Positions 32,478 through 42,977 of a stretch of DNA of 64,000 nt are shown here, piece after piece; within the stretch, counting starts at the first letter, position 1; the number at the start of each line of letters is the position of its first letter. Both the position numbers and the translations under genes were made by a program. Origin of the DNA: Candidatus Ratteibacteria bacterium (lineage in GTDB: Bacteria > Ratteibacteria > UBA8468 > B48-G9 > JAFGKM01); contig JBKBIN010000007.1 of NCBI GenBank assembly GCA_046296715.1, positions 1 through 64,000 on the forward strand, read 5' to 3'. The notes beneath the pieces were generated by a model. It saw nothing but the letters and a program-made list of their open reading frames with translations. It searched no databases and was not told the DNA's origin.

Positions 32478-32793
32478 AGAGATTGAAAAAAAATTTAAAC
32501 CAGATAAAGAAATTCCAGAGTTTTGGCCAGGCGATGAGATAGCAGTTCACATTAGAATTAAAGAAGGAGAAAAAGAAAGAATTCAAATTTTTACAGGTAC
32601 CTGCATAGCAAGAAGAGGCAAAGGAATAAGGGAGACATTTACAGTTAGAAAAATTTCTTATGGAGAGGGAGTTGAAAGGATTTTTCCTTTATATTCGCCA
32701 AATATTGTAAAAATTGAGGTATTGAAAACAAGAGAAAGGAACCGTCTTGCACCGAGAGCAAAAATGTATTATTTAAGAAATAAAAATAAATGA
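32458..32793 (+). CDS. rplS: 50S ribosomal protein L19
   Basis: [28 protein letters not shown] and RAKMYYLR. Confidence 0.96.
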   Translation: MTLKKVEEIEKKFKPDKEIPEFWPGDEIAVHIRIKEGEKERIQIFTGTCIARRGKGIRETFTVRKISYGEGVERIFPLYSPNIVKIEVLKTRERNRLAPRAKMYYLRNKNK

Positions 32794-33131
32794 GAAATAT
32801 TGAACTTGGGAAACTTGGTGAAGATAAAGGAGTTGAATTTTTAAAAAAGAATGGATATAAAATAATTGAAAGAAATTATAGAACTAAAATAGGAGAAATT
32901 GATATAATTGCAAAAAGGAAAAGAGAGATTGTTTTTATTGAGGTGAAAACAAGAAGTTCAGATATTTGTGGACTTCCAGAAGAATCCGTTAATCAGAGGA
33001 AAATAAAGAAGATTGAGAATATTGCTTATCTATATTTAAAATCTAAAAAAATTAATCTTCCAATAAGGTTTGAAGTTTTATCTATTATTAAAGATAAGAA
33101 TGGATTTAAATTTGAAATAATACCTATTTAA
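32790..33131 (+). CDS. yraN: YraN (UPF0102) family nuclease
   Basis: LG..GE, RNYR.K.GEIDII and FIEVKTR. Confidence 0.9.
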   Translation: MRNIELGKLGEDKGVEFLKKNGYKIIERNYRTKIGEIDIIAKRKREIVFIEVKTRSSDICGLPEESVNQRKIKKIENIAYLYLKSKKINLPIRFEVLSIIKDKNGFKFEIIPI

Positions 33132-34464
33132 AACTGAAACCTTTCTTCTTGAATAAATCAAAGCATATATCCACTACTTTCTCATCATACTTTAACCCTC
33201 TATTCATATAAATTTCATTGAGTGCTTCATCAAGAGTTAAAGCAGATCTATAAGGTCTATGATTAATCATTGCATCAACAACATCACATACAGCGATTAT
33301 TCTTGCCTCTTTTAAAATTTCATCTCCTTTAAGCCCTCTTGGATAACCAGTTCCATCAAGTCGTTCATGATGTTGTAAAACTATTTGAGAGATTTTTTCA
33401 AATTGTGGGATTACTTTTAAAACATTATATGCAACAATAGGATGGGTCTTTACTATACTAAATTCAATAGAAGTTAATTTTCTTGGGACTACAAGTATTT
33501 CAGAAGGGACTGAAATTTTTCCAATGTCATGTAATAATGAAGCCCATAAAATTTGTTTAATTTCTTCTTCTTTTAATCCCAACTCTTTTGCTACTTTTTC
33601 AGCCAAAACTGAAACACTTAATTGGTGACCAGCAGTATAAGGGTCTCTAATTTCAACTATTTTTGATAATGCATGAATTGTTCCATTTAATGTTTGTTCT
33701 AATAATTTTTTTTCTTCATTTAATTTATTTTCAAGTTCAATCTTTTCAGTTATATCTATTGCAGTTCCAACTATTACTTTTTTCCCTTTATATCTTCCAA
33801 CTCTTTCAGAAACATAACAGTATTTTATTTTTTCATCAGGTCTTTTTACTCTTAGAATAAAACTTGCAGAATCAATTTGTCCAGAAAATCTCTTTTCAGC
33901 CATTTCTTTTACTAAATCTATATCCTTTTCATAAACAATTTCATATGACTTTTTCTTTCCAATTAATTCATCTTTACTATAACCAATAATATTACAAAAG
34001 GTTGGGTTTATATAGACAAAGTTATAGTTTTCATCATAAACATATATTCCAGCAAGACTTTTTTCTGCAAGACTTTCCCATTCAATAATTATTTCCTCAT
34101 CCTCTTTCAATTTTATTTTTAATAATTCTTGATCTGTGATATCGTGAAATAGTAGTAAATATTTTGGATTATCAAGGTCTAATTCATTTAATTTGGCAAG
34201 TACATATCTTTTCTGGTTCTCAAAAGCAAGGTAAATTTTAATTAGTTTATTTTTAAAATTAAAAAGATTTTCTAAATCTTTTGGGTTTAAGAAAGGAAGA
34301 TTAAATATGTTTTCACCAATTAAATCTTTAGTTTTTAATCCGTAATCTTCAATTTTTTCATTAACTTCAATAATATTTTTTTCTTTGTCCAATAAAAAAA
34401 CAATACAAGGGATATTTCTAAAAATTAATTTGTATAAAATAGATTCTGTCGTTTCTTTATTCAT
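33124..34464 (-). CDS. PAS-domain HD-GYP cyclic di-nucleotide phosphodiesterase
   Basis: Two PAS-like segments ending in DIT; RDPYTAGH, LHDIGK, HHERLDGTGYP, AVCD and RPYR. Confidence 0.92.
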   Translation of the reverse strand: MNKETTESILYKLIFRNIPCIVFLLDKEKNIIEVNEKIEDYGLKTKDLIGENIFNLPFLNPKDLENLFNFKNKLIKIYLAFENQKRYVLAKLNELDLDNPKYLLLFHDITDQELLKIKLKEDEEIIIEWESLAEKSLAGIYVYDENYNFVYINPTFCNIIGYSKDELIGKKKSYEIVYEKDIDLVKEMAEKRFSGQIDSASFILRVKRPDEKIKYCYVSERVGRYKGKKVIVGTAIDITEKIELENKLNEEKKLLEQTLNGTIHALSKIVEIRDPYTAGHQLSVSVLAEKVAKELGLKEEEIKQILWASLLHDIGKISVPSEILVVPRKLTSIEFSIVKTHPIVAYNVLKVIPQFEKISQIVLQHHERLDGTGYPRGLKGDEILKEARIIAVCDVVDAMINHRPYRSALTLDEALNEIYMNRGLKYDEKVVDICFDLFKKKGFSFK

Positions 34465-34526
34465 AAAAATATTTTACCTTAAACTTTAGATCTTGTAAAA
34501 TAAATATATTAAAAAGGAGAATTGAG

Positions 34527-35738
34527 ATGGCTTTAGTTGTTCAAAAATATGGAGGGAGTTCAGTTGCAGATATTGAAAAGATAAAGTTTGTTGCAAAAAA
34601 AGTAGTTGATAGAAAAAAGAAGGGAGATAAAATAGTAGTTGTTGTTTCTGCTATGGGAAAGACAACAGATAATTTAATTTCACTTGCAAAACAAATTATT
34701 TCAAATCCACCTGAAAAAGAACTTGATCTACTTTTATCTACTGGTGAAATTGTTTCTGTTGCATTATTATGTATGGCTATTGAGAGTTATGGAGAACAAG
34801 CAGAGGGATTTCCGGGATATTTTGCAGGAATAAAAACAGATACATTACATACAAAAGCAAGGATCCAGAAAATTGAACCATCTAAAATAATTGAAGAATT
34901 GAAAAAGGATAAAATTGTTGTTGTTGCAGGTTTTCAGGGCATAAGTTCAGAAGATTCAATTACTACTCTTGGAAGGGGTGGTTCAGACCTTACAGCAATA
35001 GCAATAGCAGGTGCAATAAAGGCGGATATATGTGAAATTTATACTGATGTGAAAGGTGTTTATTCAGCAGACCCAAATAGGATAAAAAATGCAAAACTTA
35101 TACCTGTTATTTCATATGATGAACTCCTTGAAATGGCAAGTTCAGGAGCAAAAGTTATGCAATCAAGAGCAGTTGAATTTGCAAAAAAATATAAAATTCC
35201 TTTTATTGTCAAATCTACTTTTGAAGACACGGAGGGAACAATGGTAAAAGAGATTGAATTAAAGGAAGGAGCAGTTGTTTCATCTGTTTCAATTGATGAA
35301 AATCAAGCAAAAGTTTCAATTTTTAGAGTTCCTGATAGACCCGGTATTGCTGGTAAGATATTTTCAGCACTTGGGCAAGCAGGAATAAATGTAGATATGA
35401 TAGTTCAAAATGTTGGAAGGGATAATTTTGCTGACTTATCATTTACTGTTAATATTAATGAAATTGAAAAAACAAAAAGTATTATTGAAAAGATTGCAAA
35501 GGAAATAGGAGCAGAAAAGGTTATTACAGATCCTGATATATGTAAGGTTTCCATTATTGGCATAGGTATGATGAATCAACCAGGAGTTGCTGGAAAAATG
35601 TTTATGTGTCTTGCAAATTCAGGAATAAATATTGAAATGATAAGTACATCTGAAATAAAGATCTCATGTGTAATAAGAAAAAAAGATGGAGAAAAAGCTC
35701 TGATTGCACTTCATAAGGAGTTTATTGAAAATAGATGA
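34527..35738 (+). CDS. lysC: Aspartate kinase
   Basis: VQKYGGSSV, VVSAMG, TTLGRGGSD, DV.GVYSADP and two ACT domains. Confidence 0.95.
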   Translation: MALVVQKYGGSSVADIEKIKFVAKKVVDRKKKGDKIVVVVSAMGKTTDNLISLAKQIISNPPEKELDLLLSTGEIVSVALLCMAIESYGEQAEGFPGYFAGIKTDTLHTKARIQKIEPSKIIEELKKDKIVVVAGFQGISSEDSITTLGRGGSDLTAIAIAGAIKADICEIYTDVKGVYSADPNRIKNAKLIPVISYDELLEMASSGAKVMQSRAVEFAKKYKIPFIVKSTFEDTEGTMVKEIELKEGAVVSSVSIDENQAKVSIFRVPDRPGIAGKIFSALGQAGINVDMIVQNVGRDNFADLSFTVNINEIEKTKSIIEKIAKEIGAEKVITDPDICKVSIIGIGMMNQPGVAGKMFMCLANSGINIEMISTSEIKISCVIRKKDGEKALIALHKEFIENR

Positions 35739-35742
35739 ACTT

Positions 35743-36177
35743 ATGACAAATAAAGGGATTACATTTATTGAAATTTTGATAGTCATTTTTATTTTTCTTC
35801 TTTTTTTAATCCCAACAACTATTTTTATACAGAAATATCATCAACAGTATCTTTTAAATTCAACTTGTGCAAAAATAATAGAAGGGATAAATTTTGCAAG
35901 GGAATCTGCAATAAATGAAAGATGCAATTTTTCTGTAGTTTTTGATGAAAGGAGTTTTAAAATTTTAAAGAATGAAAAATTACCTGTATGGAAAGAGATA
36001 AAATTCCCAGAAAATATTAAAATAAAAGAAAAGAGCCAAGGAATGGATATTTTAATTTTTTTACCTGATGGAACAGCACAAAAAGCAGGATATATAATCT
36101 TAACCGATGAAATTTCAAAAAAAGAAAAAAAGATTAAAATCCATAATATAACTGGGAAATGTATAATAGAGGAATAA
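35743..36177 (+). CDS. Prepilin-type protein, GspH/FimT-like
   Basis: Class III signal KG|ITFIEILIV, then ARESAI and F.PDG; start ATG 35743. Confidence 0.78.
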   Translation: MTNKGITFIEILIVIFIFLLFLIPTTIFIQKYHQQYLLNSTCAKIIEGINFARESAINERCNFSVVFDERSFKILKNEKLPVWKEIKFPENIKIKEKSQGMDILIFLPDGTAQKAGYIILTDEISKKEKKIKIHNITGKCIIEE

Positions 36178-36536
36178 AATTAGGATTTTCTTTGATTACT
36201 GTTTTAATCGGACTTTTTATTCTTGCAGGTGGAATTATAACTTTGATAAAAGTTTATCCTGTAATTATGAATTTAAGTGAAAGAAGCAAAAATTTAGTCA
36301 ATGTTTCTTTTATAGCAGATAAAATTTTTACAATGATTGAGCAGATTTACGGTGATAAAGAAAATGAAATACCTGAAAATTTTGAAGGAGTTTTAAGTGA
36401 TTATCCTGATTATAGGTTTAAAGTAATTTTTACTGAAGAAAAACAGGACCTCTATAAAGTTGAACTTGAAATTTACTGGAAAAAAGAAGGAAAAGATGAA
36501 AAAAAATATTTTATTTCTTCACTCAGAAGAAGATAA
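36159..36536 (+). CDS. Prepilin-type protein, GspI/PilV-like
   Basis: LG|FSLITVLIGL hydrophobic N-terminus and C-terminal LYKVELEIYW; second gene of the cluster. Confidence 0.65.
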   Translation: MYNRGIKLGFSLITVLIGLFILAGGIITLIKVYPVIMNLSERSKNLVNVSFIADKIFTMIEQIYGDKENEIPENFEGVLSDYPDYRFKVIFTEEKQDLYKVELEIYWKKEGKDEKKYFISSLRRR

Positions 36537-37122
36537 TGGCTTTACATTAATTGAAGTTTTAATATCAATTTTTGTTTTCACTTTTGTCTGTCTTTCTGGT
36601 ATTTTTATTTTAAAAAACTCACTTTTATCTTCAAGAAAAAAGCAGATTGAAAAGGAGATTATGAAGGAAATTATTTTTATTTATGACTTTATTGAAAAAA
36701 GGATTTCAAATGCTATGATAAATGATCTTTCAGGCGTATATAGGATGAATTTTAAAGGTGGGAATAAATGGGTAAAGTTTATTTCTTCTTTTTCAGAGGA
36801 TAAAGATGGAGATATTTCAAAATTTGGGATTTACTGGAAGGATAATAAGATAATGGTTAATATGGTAAGAGTAGACAAAGATAACCCTGATTTTACTTTT
36901 TTTAATGGTTTTCCAGGAGCCCAAACTCTCGGACTTGATATTAAGGATTTTTCTATAAGATATTATGATGGAGAAAACTGGCATGAAAATTGGGATACAG
37001 AAGTAATGGAAGAACCAAAATTACCAGAACTTGTTGAAATAAAAATAGTTATATCAAAAGGAAAAATAGAAGGGAAGGAAATTGAAAAAGAAATTAAAAA
37101 AACAATTAAAATTGGATTTTAA
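36496..37122 (+). CDS. Prepilin-type protein, GspJ/PilW-like
   Basis: NG|FTLIEVLISI and C-terminal FSIRYYDGENW..NWD..LPELVEI typical of GspJ; start uncertain (ATG 36496 chosen). Confidence 0.8.
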   Translation: MKKNILFLHSEEDNGFTLIEVLISIFVFTFVCLSGIFILKNSLLSSRKKQIEKEIMKEIIFIYDFIEKRISNAMINDLSGVYRMNFKGGNKWVKFISSFSEDKDGDISKFGIYWKDNKIMVNMVRVDKDNPDFTFFNGFPGAQTLGLDIKDFSIRYYDGENWHENWDTEVMEEPKLPELVEIKIVISKGKIEGKEIEKEIKKTIKIGF

Positions 37123-39400
37123 AAAAGGAGATATTATAATTCTTGTCATTCTTATTTTGCTTCTTATATTTCTTTTTACTTCAACTATGCTTATTCTTTT
37201 CAATTTCTGGACAAAAACAACAGGGAAGATTATTTTTGGAAGAGAAGCAAAAAATTTTTCAAAAATTGGAATTGAAAATGCAATATGGGAAATAGATAAA
37301 GATGATAGAGAATACGATTGTTTTTTAGATTTATGGAGAAAAAATTTTGAAGGTGATGAAGTTGATTTAAACAATGATGGAGAGAAAGATTCAAAATGGT
37401 TTTATATTAAAGATAAAAAAGGGAATATTATTGGAAGATATGCTGTTTTGGTTGAGGATGAAAACGGGAAAATAAATATAAATGCAAATGGGAATTTAAA
37501 TCTATCTTTTAATGAAGGACACAGTTGTTTTGAAATAAATATATTTGAAAAAATTTTAGAAAAGACACTTTATTTTAATATTGTAAATTTCAGATATGGA
37601 CAGGATGGAAAACCTGGGAAAATAGGAATTGATGATAACAAAAATAGTTTAATAGTTTTAGCAGATGGAATAGACAATAACGGTAATGGAATTATTGATG
37701 AACAAAATGAAGGGATAGATGAAGATGCAGAATTTTATTTTATAAAACCTTATGGAGATGATAGACCTTATTTTTCTCCTTCTGAAATTAAACTTGTTCC
37801 AGGATTTGGAGAGAAAAATTATGAGAAGATTAAAAATTATATAACAACATTTTCATATGATAGAGATTTAAATAGGAAAGAAGAAAAAAGGATTGATATA
37901 AATAATGCGGATTTTTACGAATTAGTTAATTTTTTTAAAAAAATGGGATATCCAGAAAAACAAGCAATACAAATTTCTTTAAATATAGTTGATTTTAGAG
38001 ATAAAGATTCTATACCAACTGTTTACAAATATAAAAGTGAATATATGACAGGGATAGAAAAGGTTCCTTATTTAAATGAAATAGATGCTGTTAAAAGATG
38101 GGAATACAGGGAACTTGTAATAGGTAGAGTATTTGAAGAAATAGGAGGACAGTTTATAGAAATATTTAATCCTTATCCTGACCAATTGGATATAGGTGGA
38201 TGGAGAATTGAAGGAGTTTTTGTTTTATTTTCAAATCATTGGGAAGAAGTTTTTAATAATTCTAAAGAAATTTATGACGATTTTGTAAATAAAGAAACAG
38301 AAATAGATCATGATAAGGCAGGGAAAATTACAAAACTTGTTGATAGAATGACCTCTATTACTATTCCTTCTGGAGAAAAAATACCACCTCATTCATTCTA
38401 TACAATTGGCGATACTATAAGAATAGTAATTTTAATTCCAAATGAATCACCACCAGTTATTCTGTTTTTTCCAATGGATGGAGATCCAGATAATTGTAAA
38501 CAATATGAGAGAATAATTGCTTTAAATCCAGGTTCTTTTGGTATTCTTTCAGGTATTTTGGGACAAATTCCATTTTTTAGTAATCATGGTCTTGATTTTA
38601 CGATTAAATTATATGATAATAAAGGAAATTTAATTGAATTTTGTGAATATTTTGCTGATGCTCCAGAAACAACTGTTCAAAAGAATGATCCGAGAATGAA
38701 AAGCATGACTGATTGGTTTTTAGGAATTCCAAGTCCAAATAAGTTAAATTATTATTTTCAACCATGGATTGGTGGAGAATTTGGTGTAACTAATTGGATT
38801 TTTGCATGGCCAAGCAGTTTTTATGTTAAGAATAACCAATTTTCAACTCTTGGCGAACTTGGTTTTATTCATAAAATGGAACACTGGAAAAGTTTGAATT
38901 TCTGGAAAGGAGAAGATAATAAAATTGTTGATTATCTTACCTGTTATAAAAAGGTTGACGAAAATATTTATGGGAGAATAAATATAAATACTGCTTCAAA
39001 AGAAGTCCTTGAATGTTTGCCGCTTGTTGAACAAGAACTGGCAGAAAAAATAATTTCTGCAAGACCATTTAAGGATGTTTCTGAAGTTCTGGGTATTTTT
39101 GGTGATAAAGGGGAAAAAGGGAAACTTAACCAAGAGATTACAAAATATGGGTTTGATTTGAAGGATAATGATTTAGACCTTTTTGTGGATATAAAAAAGG
39201 AAAAAGAGATGGTATTTTCAAAGATTATTAATCTGATTACAACGAAAAGTAATGTTTTTAAGATTATTTCACTTGGCCAAAAGGTGCAAGATAAAAATAA
39301 TAATGGTAAAATAGAAGATGATGAAGTAACTGGAGAAAAAAAATTGGTTGTATGGTATGATAGAAACAAAAAGAAAATAATATATAAAAGGGAATTATGA
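37112..39400 (+). CDS. Large GspK/PilX-like protein with HhH-like, lamin-tail-like and DxDxDG segments
   Basis: KKG followed by a hydrophobic helix, VEDENGKININ, RIDINNA, RININTASKEVL..LP and ITTKSNVFKIISLG; start uncertain (TTG 37112 or 37082). Confidence 0.7.
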   Translation: MDFKKGDIIILVILILLLIFLFTSTMLILFNFWTKTTGKIIFGREAKNFSKIGIENAIWEIDKDDREYDCFLDLWRKNFEGDEVDLNNDGEKDSKWFYIKDKKGNIIGRYAVLVEDENGKININANGNLNLSFNEGHSCFEINIFEKILEKTLYFNIVNFRYGQDGKPGKIGIDDNKNSLIVLADGIDNNGNGIIDEQNEGIDEDAEFYFIKPYGDDRPYFSPSEIKLVPGFGEKNYEKIKNYITTFSYDRDLNRKEEKRIDINNADFYELVNFFKKMGYPEKQAIQISLNIVDFRDKDSIPTVYKYKSEYMTGIEKVPYLNEIDAVKRWEYRELVIGRVFEEIGGQFIEIFNPYPDQLDIGGWRIEGVFVLFSNHWEEVFNNSKEIYDDFVNKETEIDHDKAGKITKLVDRMTSITIPSGEKIPPHSFYTIGDTIRIVILIPNESPPVILFFPMDGDPDNCKQYERIIALNPGSFGILSGILGQIPFFSNHGLDFTIKLYDNKGNLIEFCEYFADAPETTVQKNDPRMKSMTDWFLGIPSPNKLNYYFQPWIGGEFGVTNWIFAWPSSFYVKNNQFSTLGELGFIHKMEHWKSLNFWKGEDNKIVDYLTCYKKVDENIYGRININTASKEVLECLPLVEQELAEKIISARPFKDVSEVLGIFGDKGEKGKLNQEITKYGFDLKDNDLDLFVDIKKEKEMVFSKIINLITTKSNVFKIISLGQKVQDKNNNGKIEDDEVTGEKKLVVWYDRNKKKIIYKREL

Positions 39401-40275
39401 AAATAAAAATTTTTTTTAGGAGATGGAAAGGAATTATTGGACTTTTTGTTTTAACTTTTATCATTCTTAGTTTAATTATTTTTTTGATAATAAATGATAT
39501 AAGAAGTACTGTAGCAGTTGTTAATGGATATAAAATTAAATTTGATGAAATAATTACTAAAATTGAACTATCACCAGAAATATATAAAGAATATTTTTTA
39601 ATTGATCCGAAAGCCATTATTGATGATTATGTTAATCAAATTTTACTTTTCCAGTATGCGAAAAAGTATGAAAGAAAATTAAGAAAAAAAGTTGAAAGTA
39701 AATTAAAAAACTACTATATGGAAGTTTTAACTCATCAGTTTGTTGAAGATATTCTGTCAAATAAGATTGAGATTTCCGAACAAGAGATTTCTGATTATTA
39801 TAATACTCATTTACAAGAATTTGTAATTCCAGAAAAAGTTCAAATTTCAGAAATTGTAGTTGATTCAAAAGAAAAAGCGGATGAAATATTAAATAGATTA
39901 AGAATGGGAGAATCATTTGAAAAAATTGCAGAGGTAGAATCAATTGCTCCAACAAGAGAAAAGAGAGGAGAAATTGGATGGATTGAGATTGAAAAATTAG
40001 ATCCACAAGTTGCATCTTTAATTAATCAGATGAAACCTGGAGAGATTCTTGCAAATATTATAAAAACAGAAATGGGATATCATATTATAAAATTAACCGG
40101 AAGAACAGAAAAAAGAATTCTTTCGCTTGCTGAGGCAGCTCGTATGATAAAAAATTTACTTTTATCCCAGAAAAAGAAAGAAGAGGTTGAAAATCTTTTG
40201 AAAAAACTTAAAGAAAAAAGTAAAATTGAAATTTATCCAAATAAAATTGAAATTTTAAAGGGGAAAATTAAATGA
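39397..40275 (+). CDS. PpiC/parvulin-type peptidyl-prolyl isomerase (PrsA/SurA-like)
   Basis: VAVVNG, GESFEKIA, RGEIGW and KTEMGYHII; N-terminal anchor. Confidence 0.87.
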   Translation: MKIKIFFRRWKGIIGLFVLTFIILSLIIFLIINDIRSTVAVVNGYKIKFDEIITKIELSPEIYKEYFLIDPKAIIDDYVNQILLFQYAKKYERKLRKKVESKLKNYYMEVLTHQFVEDILSNKIEISEQEISDYYNTHLQEFVIPEKVQISEIVVDSKEKADEILNRLRMGESFEKIAEVESIAPTREKRGEIGWIEIEKLDPQVASLINQMKPGEILANIIKTEMGYHIIKLTGRTEKRILSLAEAARMIKNLLLSQKKKEEVENLLKKLKEKSKIEIYPNKIEILKGKIK

Positions 40276-41063
40276 AACTTTTTATTATATTTTTTTTTAT
40301 TATTTGTAATATTTTTGGACAAAATAAAGTTTTGGTTGTTGTGGGGAATAAACCTATTTTTGAAAATGAAGTAATCTATAGAAGTAAAAAAGATAGAATT
40401 GACCCTTCCTTTGCATTACAGATGTTGGTTGAAGAAAAATTACTTCTTTATCAGGCAGAAAAAAAGAAAATAGAAGTAAGTAAAAAAGAGATAAAAGACG
40501 AACTTGATATTATTAAAAAAAGTTTTTCTTCTTTGGAAGAATTTTATGAGCATCTTAAACAAAGAGAGATAAAAATTGAACAACTTGAAAAGGAAATAGA
40601 AAATAATTTGAAAATAAGAAAACTTATAAGAAATGAGATTATATCAAAAATAGAAATTACCCCTCTTGAGATTGCTAATGAAATGAAAAAAATTGAACAA
40701 GAACATAATGAATATGAGATTTTTTTCAAATGGTTTGATAGCCAACAGGAAAGTGAAAGATTTATTGAAAAATTTAATTCTGAAAGTTTAAAAGAAATGG
40801 AATTTGCGAAACTTAAAAGTTCAGAAATTATAGATGAAATTTTAGAAGAAATTTTAAAATTAGAAAAAGGGAAATTATCATCTCCTATTAAAGTTAGAGA
40901 GAGGTGGATTGTTATATATCTTCACGATAAAAGAGAATTAAATATAGATAAGATAGAAATGTATAGACAGGCAAAAGACAGAATTTTTAAAATTAAGTAT
41001 TCAAATTTATATAAAGAATATATTGAACAATTGAAAAGACAGATACCGATAAAATTTCTTTGA
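40272..41063 (+). CDS. SurA N-terminal-domain chaperone-like protein
   Basis: Signal peptide, VVVGNKPI and LVEEKLLLYQAE; lies directly upstream of pdxA-rsmA as surA does. Confidence 0.72.
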   Translation: MKLFIIFFFIICNIFGQNKVLVVVGNKPIFENEVIYRSKKDRIDPSFALQMLVEEKLLLYQAEKKKIEVSKKEIKDELDIIKKSFSSLEEFYEHLKQREIKIEQLEKEIENNLKIRKLIRNEIISKIEITPLEIANEMKKIEQEHNEYEIFFKWFDSQQESERFIEKFNSESLKEMEFAKLKSSEIIDEILEEILKLEKGKLSSPIKVRERWIVIYLHDKRELNIDKIEMYRQAKDRIFKIKYSNLYKEYIEQLKRQIPIKFL

Positions 41064-42028
41064 TGAAAAAAATTATTGGTATAACAATAGGAGATCCAGC
41101 AGGTATAGGTCCTGAAATATTGTTGAAGGGATATAAAAGGATAATAAAATTTAAAAATTTCATTCCACTTGTAATAGGAGATATCTCTGTTATTGAGAAA
41201 AATATTGAAATTTTAAATTTGGATATAAATATAAAAGAGGTAAGGGAAAAAGAAGAAATTGACGAAAATTTTTTAAATATTTACAATGTTAACTTTATAA
41301 AAAATAAAGATTTTCCAGTTGGAATTGATAATAAAATATGTGGACAAGCATCTTTCAAATATGTTATTGTAGGAATAGATCTTTGGAGAAAAAAATTTAT
41401 TGAAGGACTCGTAACACTACCAATATCTAAAAAAGCATGGAATCTTGCTGGATACAATTATTCAGGTCATACAGAATTACTCGCTGAAAGATTGAAAGAG
41501 AAAAAATATGCTATGGTAATGATTGCAGAAAATTATAAAGTTTTGCTTTTAACAACACATATTCCATTAAAAGATGTTTTTAAATATTTAAATGAAAAAC
41601 TTATTATTGAAAAAACACAAATTGGTTATGAATTTCTGAAAAAGATGAAAATTAGAAATCCTAAAATTGGAATCTGTGGAATAAATCCTCATTCAGGAGA
41701 AGATGGAGTTATTGGAGATGAAGAAATTAGAATTATAAAACCAGCATTAGAAAAAATAAAGAAAAGAGGAATAAAGATTGAGGGACCTTTTCCAGCAGAC
41801 ACAATTTTCAAAAAAAAATTTGATTTAATAATCTGTATATACCACGATCAAGCACTTATTCCTTTAAAAACATTTTATTTTGAAAAACTTGTAAATTTTA
41901 CAGCAGGAATAAATTTGCCAAGAACAAGTCCAGGGCATGGAACTGCTTTTGATATCGCATATAAAAATAAAGGAAATCCAGAAAGTTTTATCTGTGCATA
42001 CAAGTTTATTTTGAAACTACTTAAATGA
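41063..42028 (+). CDS. pdxA: 4-hydroxythreonine-4-phosphate dehydrogenase PdxA
   Basis: GDPAGIGPE, GHTE, TTHIPL, NPHSGE, GPFPADT, YHDQ and RTSPGHGTAFDIA. Confidence 0.95.
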   Translation: MKKIIGITIGDPAGIGPEILLKGYKRIIKFKNFIPLVIGDISVIEKNIEILNLDINIKEVREKEEIDENFLNIYNVNFIKNKDFPVGIDNKICGQASFKYVIVGIDLWRKKFIEGLVTLPISKKAWNLAGYNYSGHTELLAERLKEKKYAMVMIAENYKVLLLTTHIPLKDVFKYLNEKLIIEKTQIGYEFLKKMKIRNPKIGICGINPHSGEDGVIGDEEIRIIKPALEKIKKRGIKIEGPFPADTIFKKKFDLIICIYHDQALIPLKTFYFEKLVNFTAGINLPRTSPGHGTAFDIAYKNKGNPESFICAYKFILKLLK

Positions 42029-42882
42029 AATTTTTAATTTTAAAAGAGATAAAAAGATTAATAGAAACAGGACAGATTGATATAAAAAAAAATTTAGGCC
42101 AACATTTTTTAATTGATAAAAATTCAAGGGATAAATTGCTTTCTTTTGCAGAATTAAATAAAAATGATATAGTTATTGAAATTGGACCTGGACTTGGTTC
42201 TCTGACAGAAGGAATTATTGGAAAAGTTAAAGAATACTATGGATTTGAGATAGATGAGAATTTTTGTAGAATTTTAGAAACAAATTTTTCAGATTATAAG
42301 AATTTTCATTTAATCAAAAAGGATTTTTTACAGTCGGATGAAAATTTTTGGAATTCGTTTAAAAGAAAAGTCAAAGTTATTGGAAATACCCCTTATTATT
42401 TGAGTTCTCCTATAGTTTTTCATATTTTAAAATTTCACAAAAAGATTAAACTTGCTCTTTTGACTGTACAAAAAGAAGTTGGCGAAAGATTTATAGGTAA
42501 ACCAAATAGTAAGACATATGGTTCTATTTCTGTTTTACTTTATATCTTCACAGATACAAAAATATGTTACAATCTAAATAAAAATGTTTTTTACCCAAGA
42601 CCAAAAGTTGAATCTGTTGTTGTTAAAATTGTTCCTTTAAAAAATCCAAGAATAAAATTGACTGATGAAAAAAGATTTTATGATTTTCTACCAATAATTT
42701 TTAGTTATAGAAGAAAAATTTTAACTAATGTTGTTAAAAAAGTTTTTAATATTGACAAGGAGATTATGATAAAAAAATTAAAAGGTATTGGTATTTCGCC
42801 TCTTAGTCGTGTTGAACAACTTAGCCCAGAACAGATATACGAAATTTTTAAAATTATAAAAAATTTGAAAGATCTAAGGTGA
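42025..42882 (+). CDS. rsmA: 16S rRNA adenine dimethyltransferase RsmA/KsgA
   Basis: LGQHFL, EIGPGLG, GNTPY, QKEV and F.P.PKVES. Confidence 0.95.
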   Translation: MKFLILKEIKRLIETGQIDIKKNLGQHFLIDKNSRDKLLSFAELNKNDIVIEIGPGLGSLTEGIIGKVKEYYGFEIDENFCRILETNFSDYKNFHLIKKDFLQSDENFWNSFKRKVKVIGNTPYYLSSPIVFHILKFHKKIKLALLTVQKEVGERFIGKPNSKTYGSISVLLYIFTDTKICYNLNKNVFYPRPKVESVVVKIVPLKNPRIKLTDEKRFYDFLPIIFSYRRKILTNVVKKVFNIDKEIMIKKLKGIGISPLSRVEQLSPEQIYEIFKIIKNLKDLR

Positions 42883-42977
42883 GTTAAATATGGTAAAAAA
42901 AGCGAAAAAATAATATAATAAAATATAAATCAATAAAACTTTTTAAAAAGAATCTATTTTCAAAAAGGAGAAAAAAA

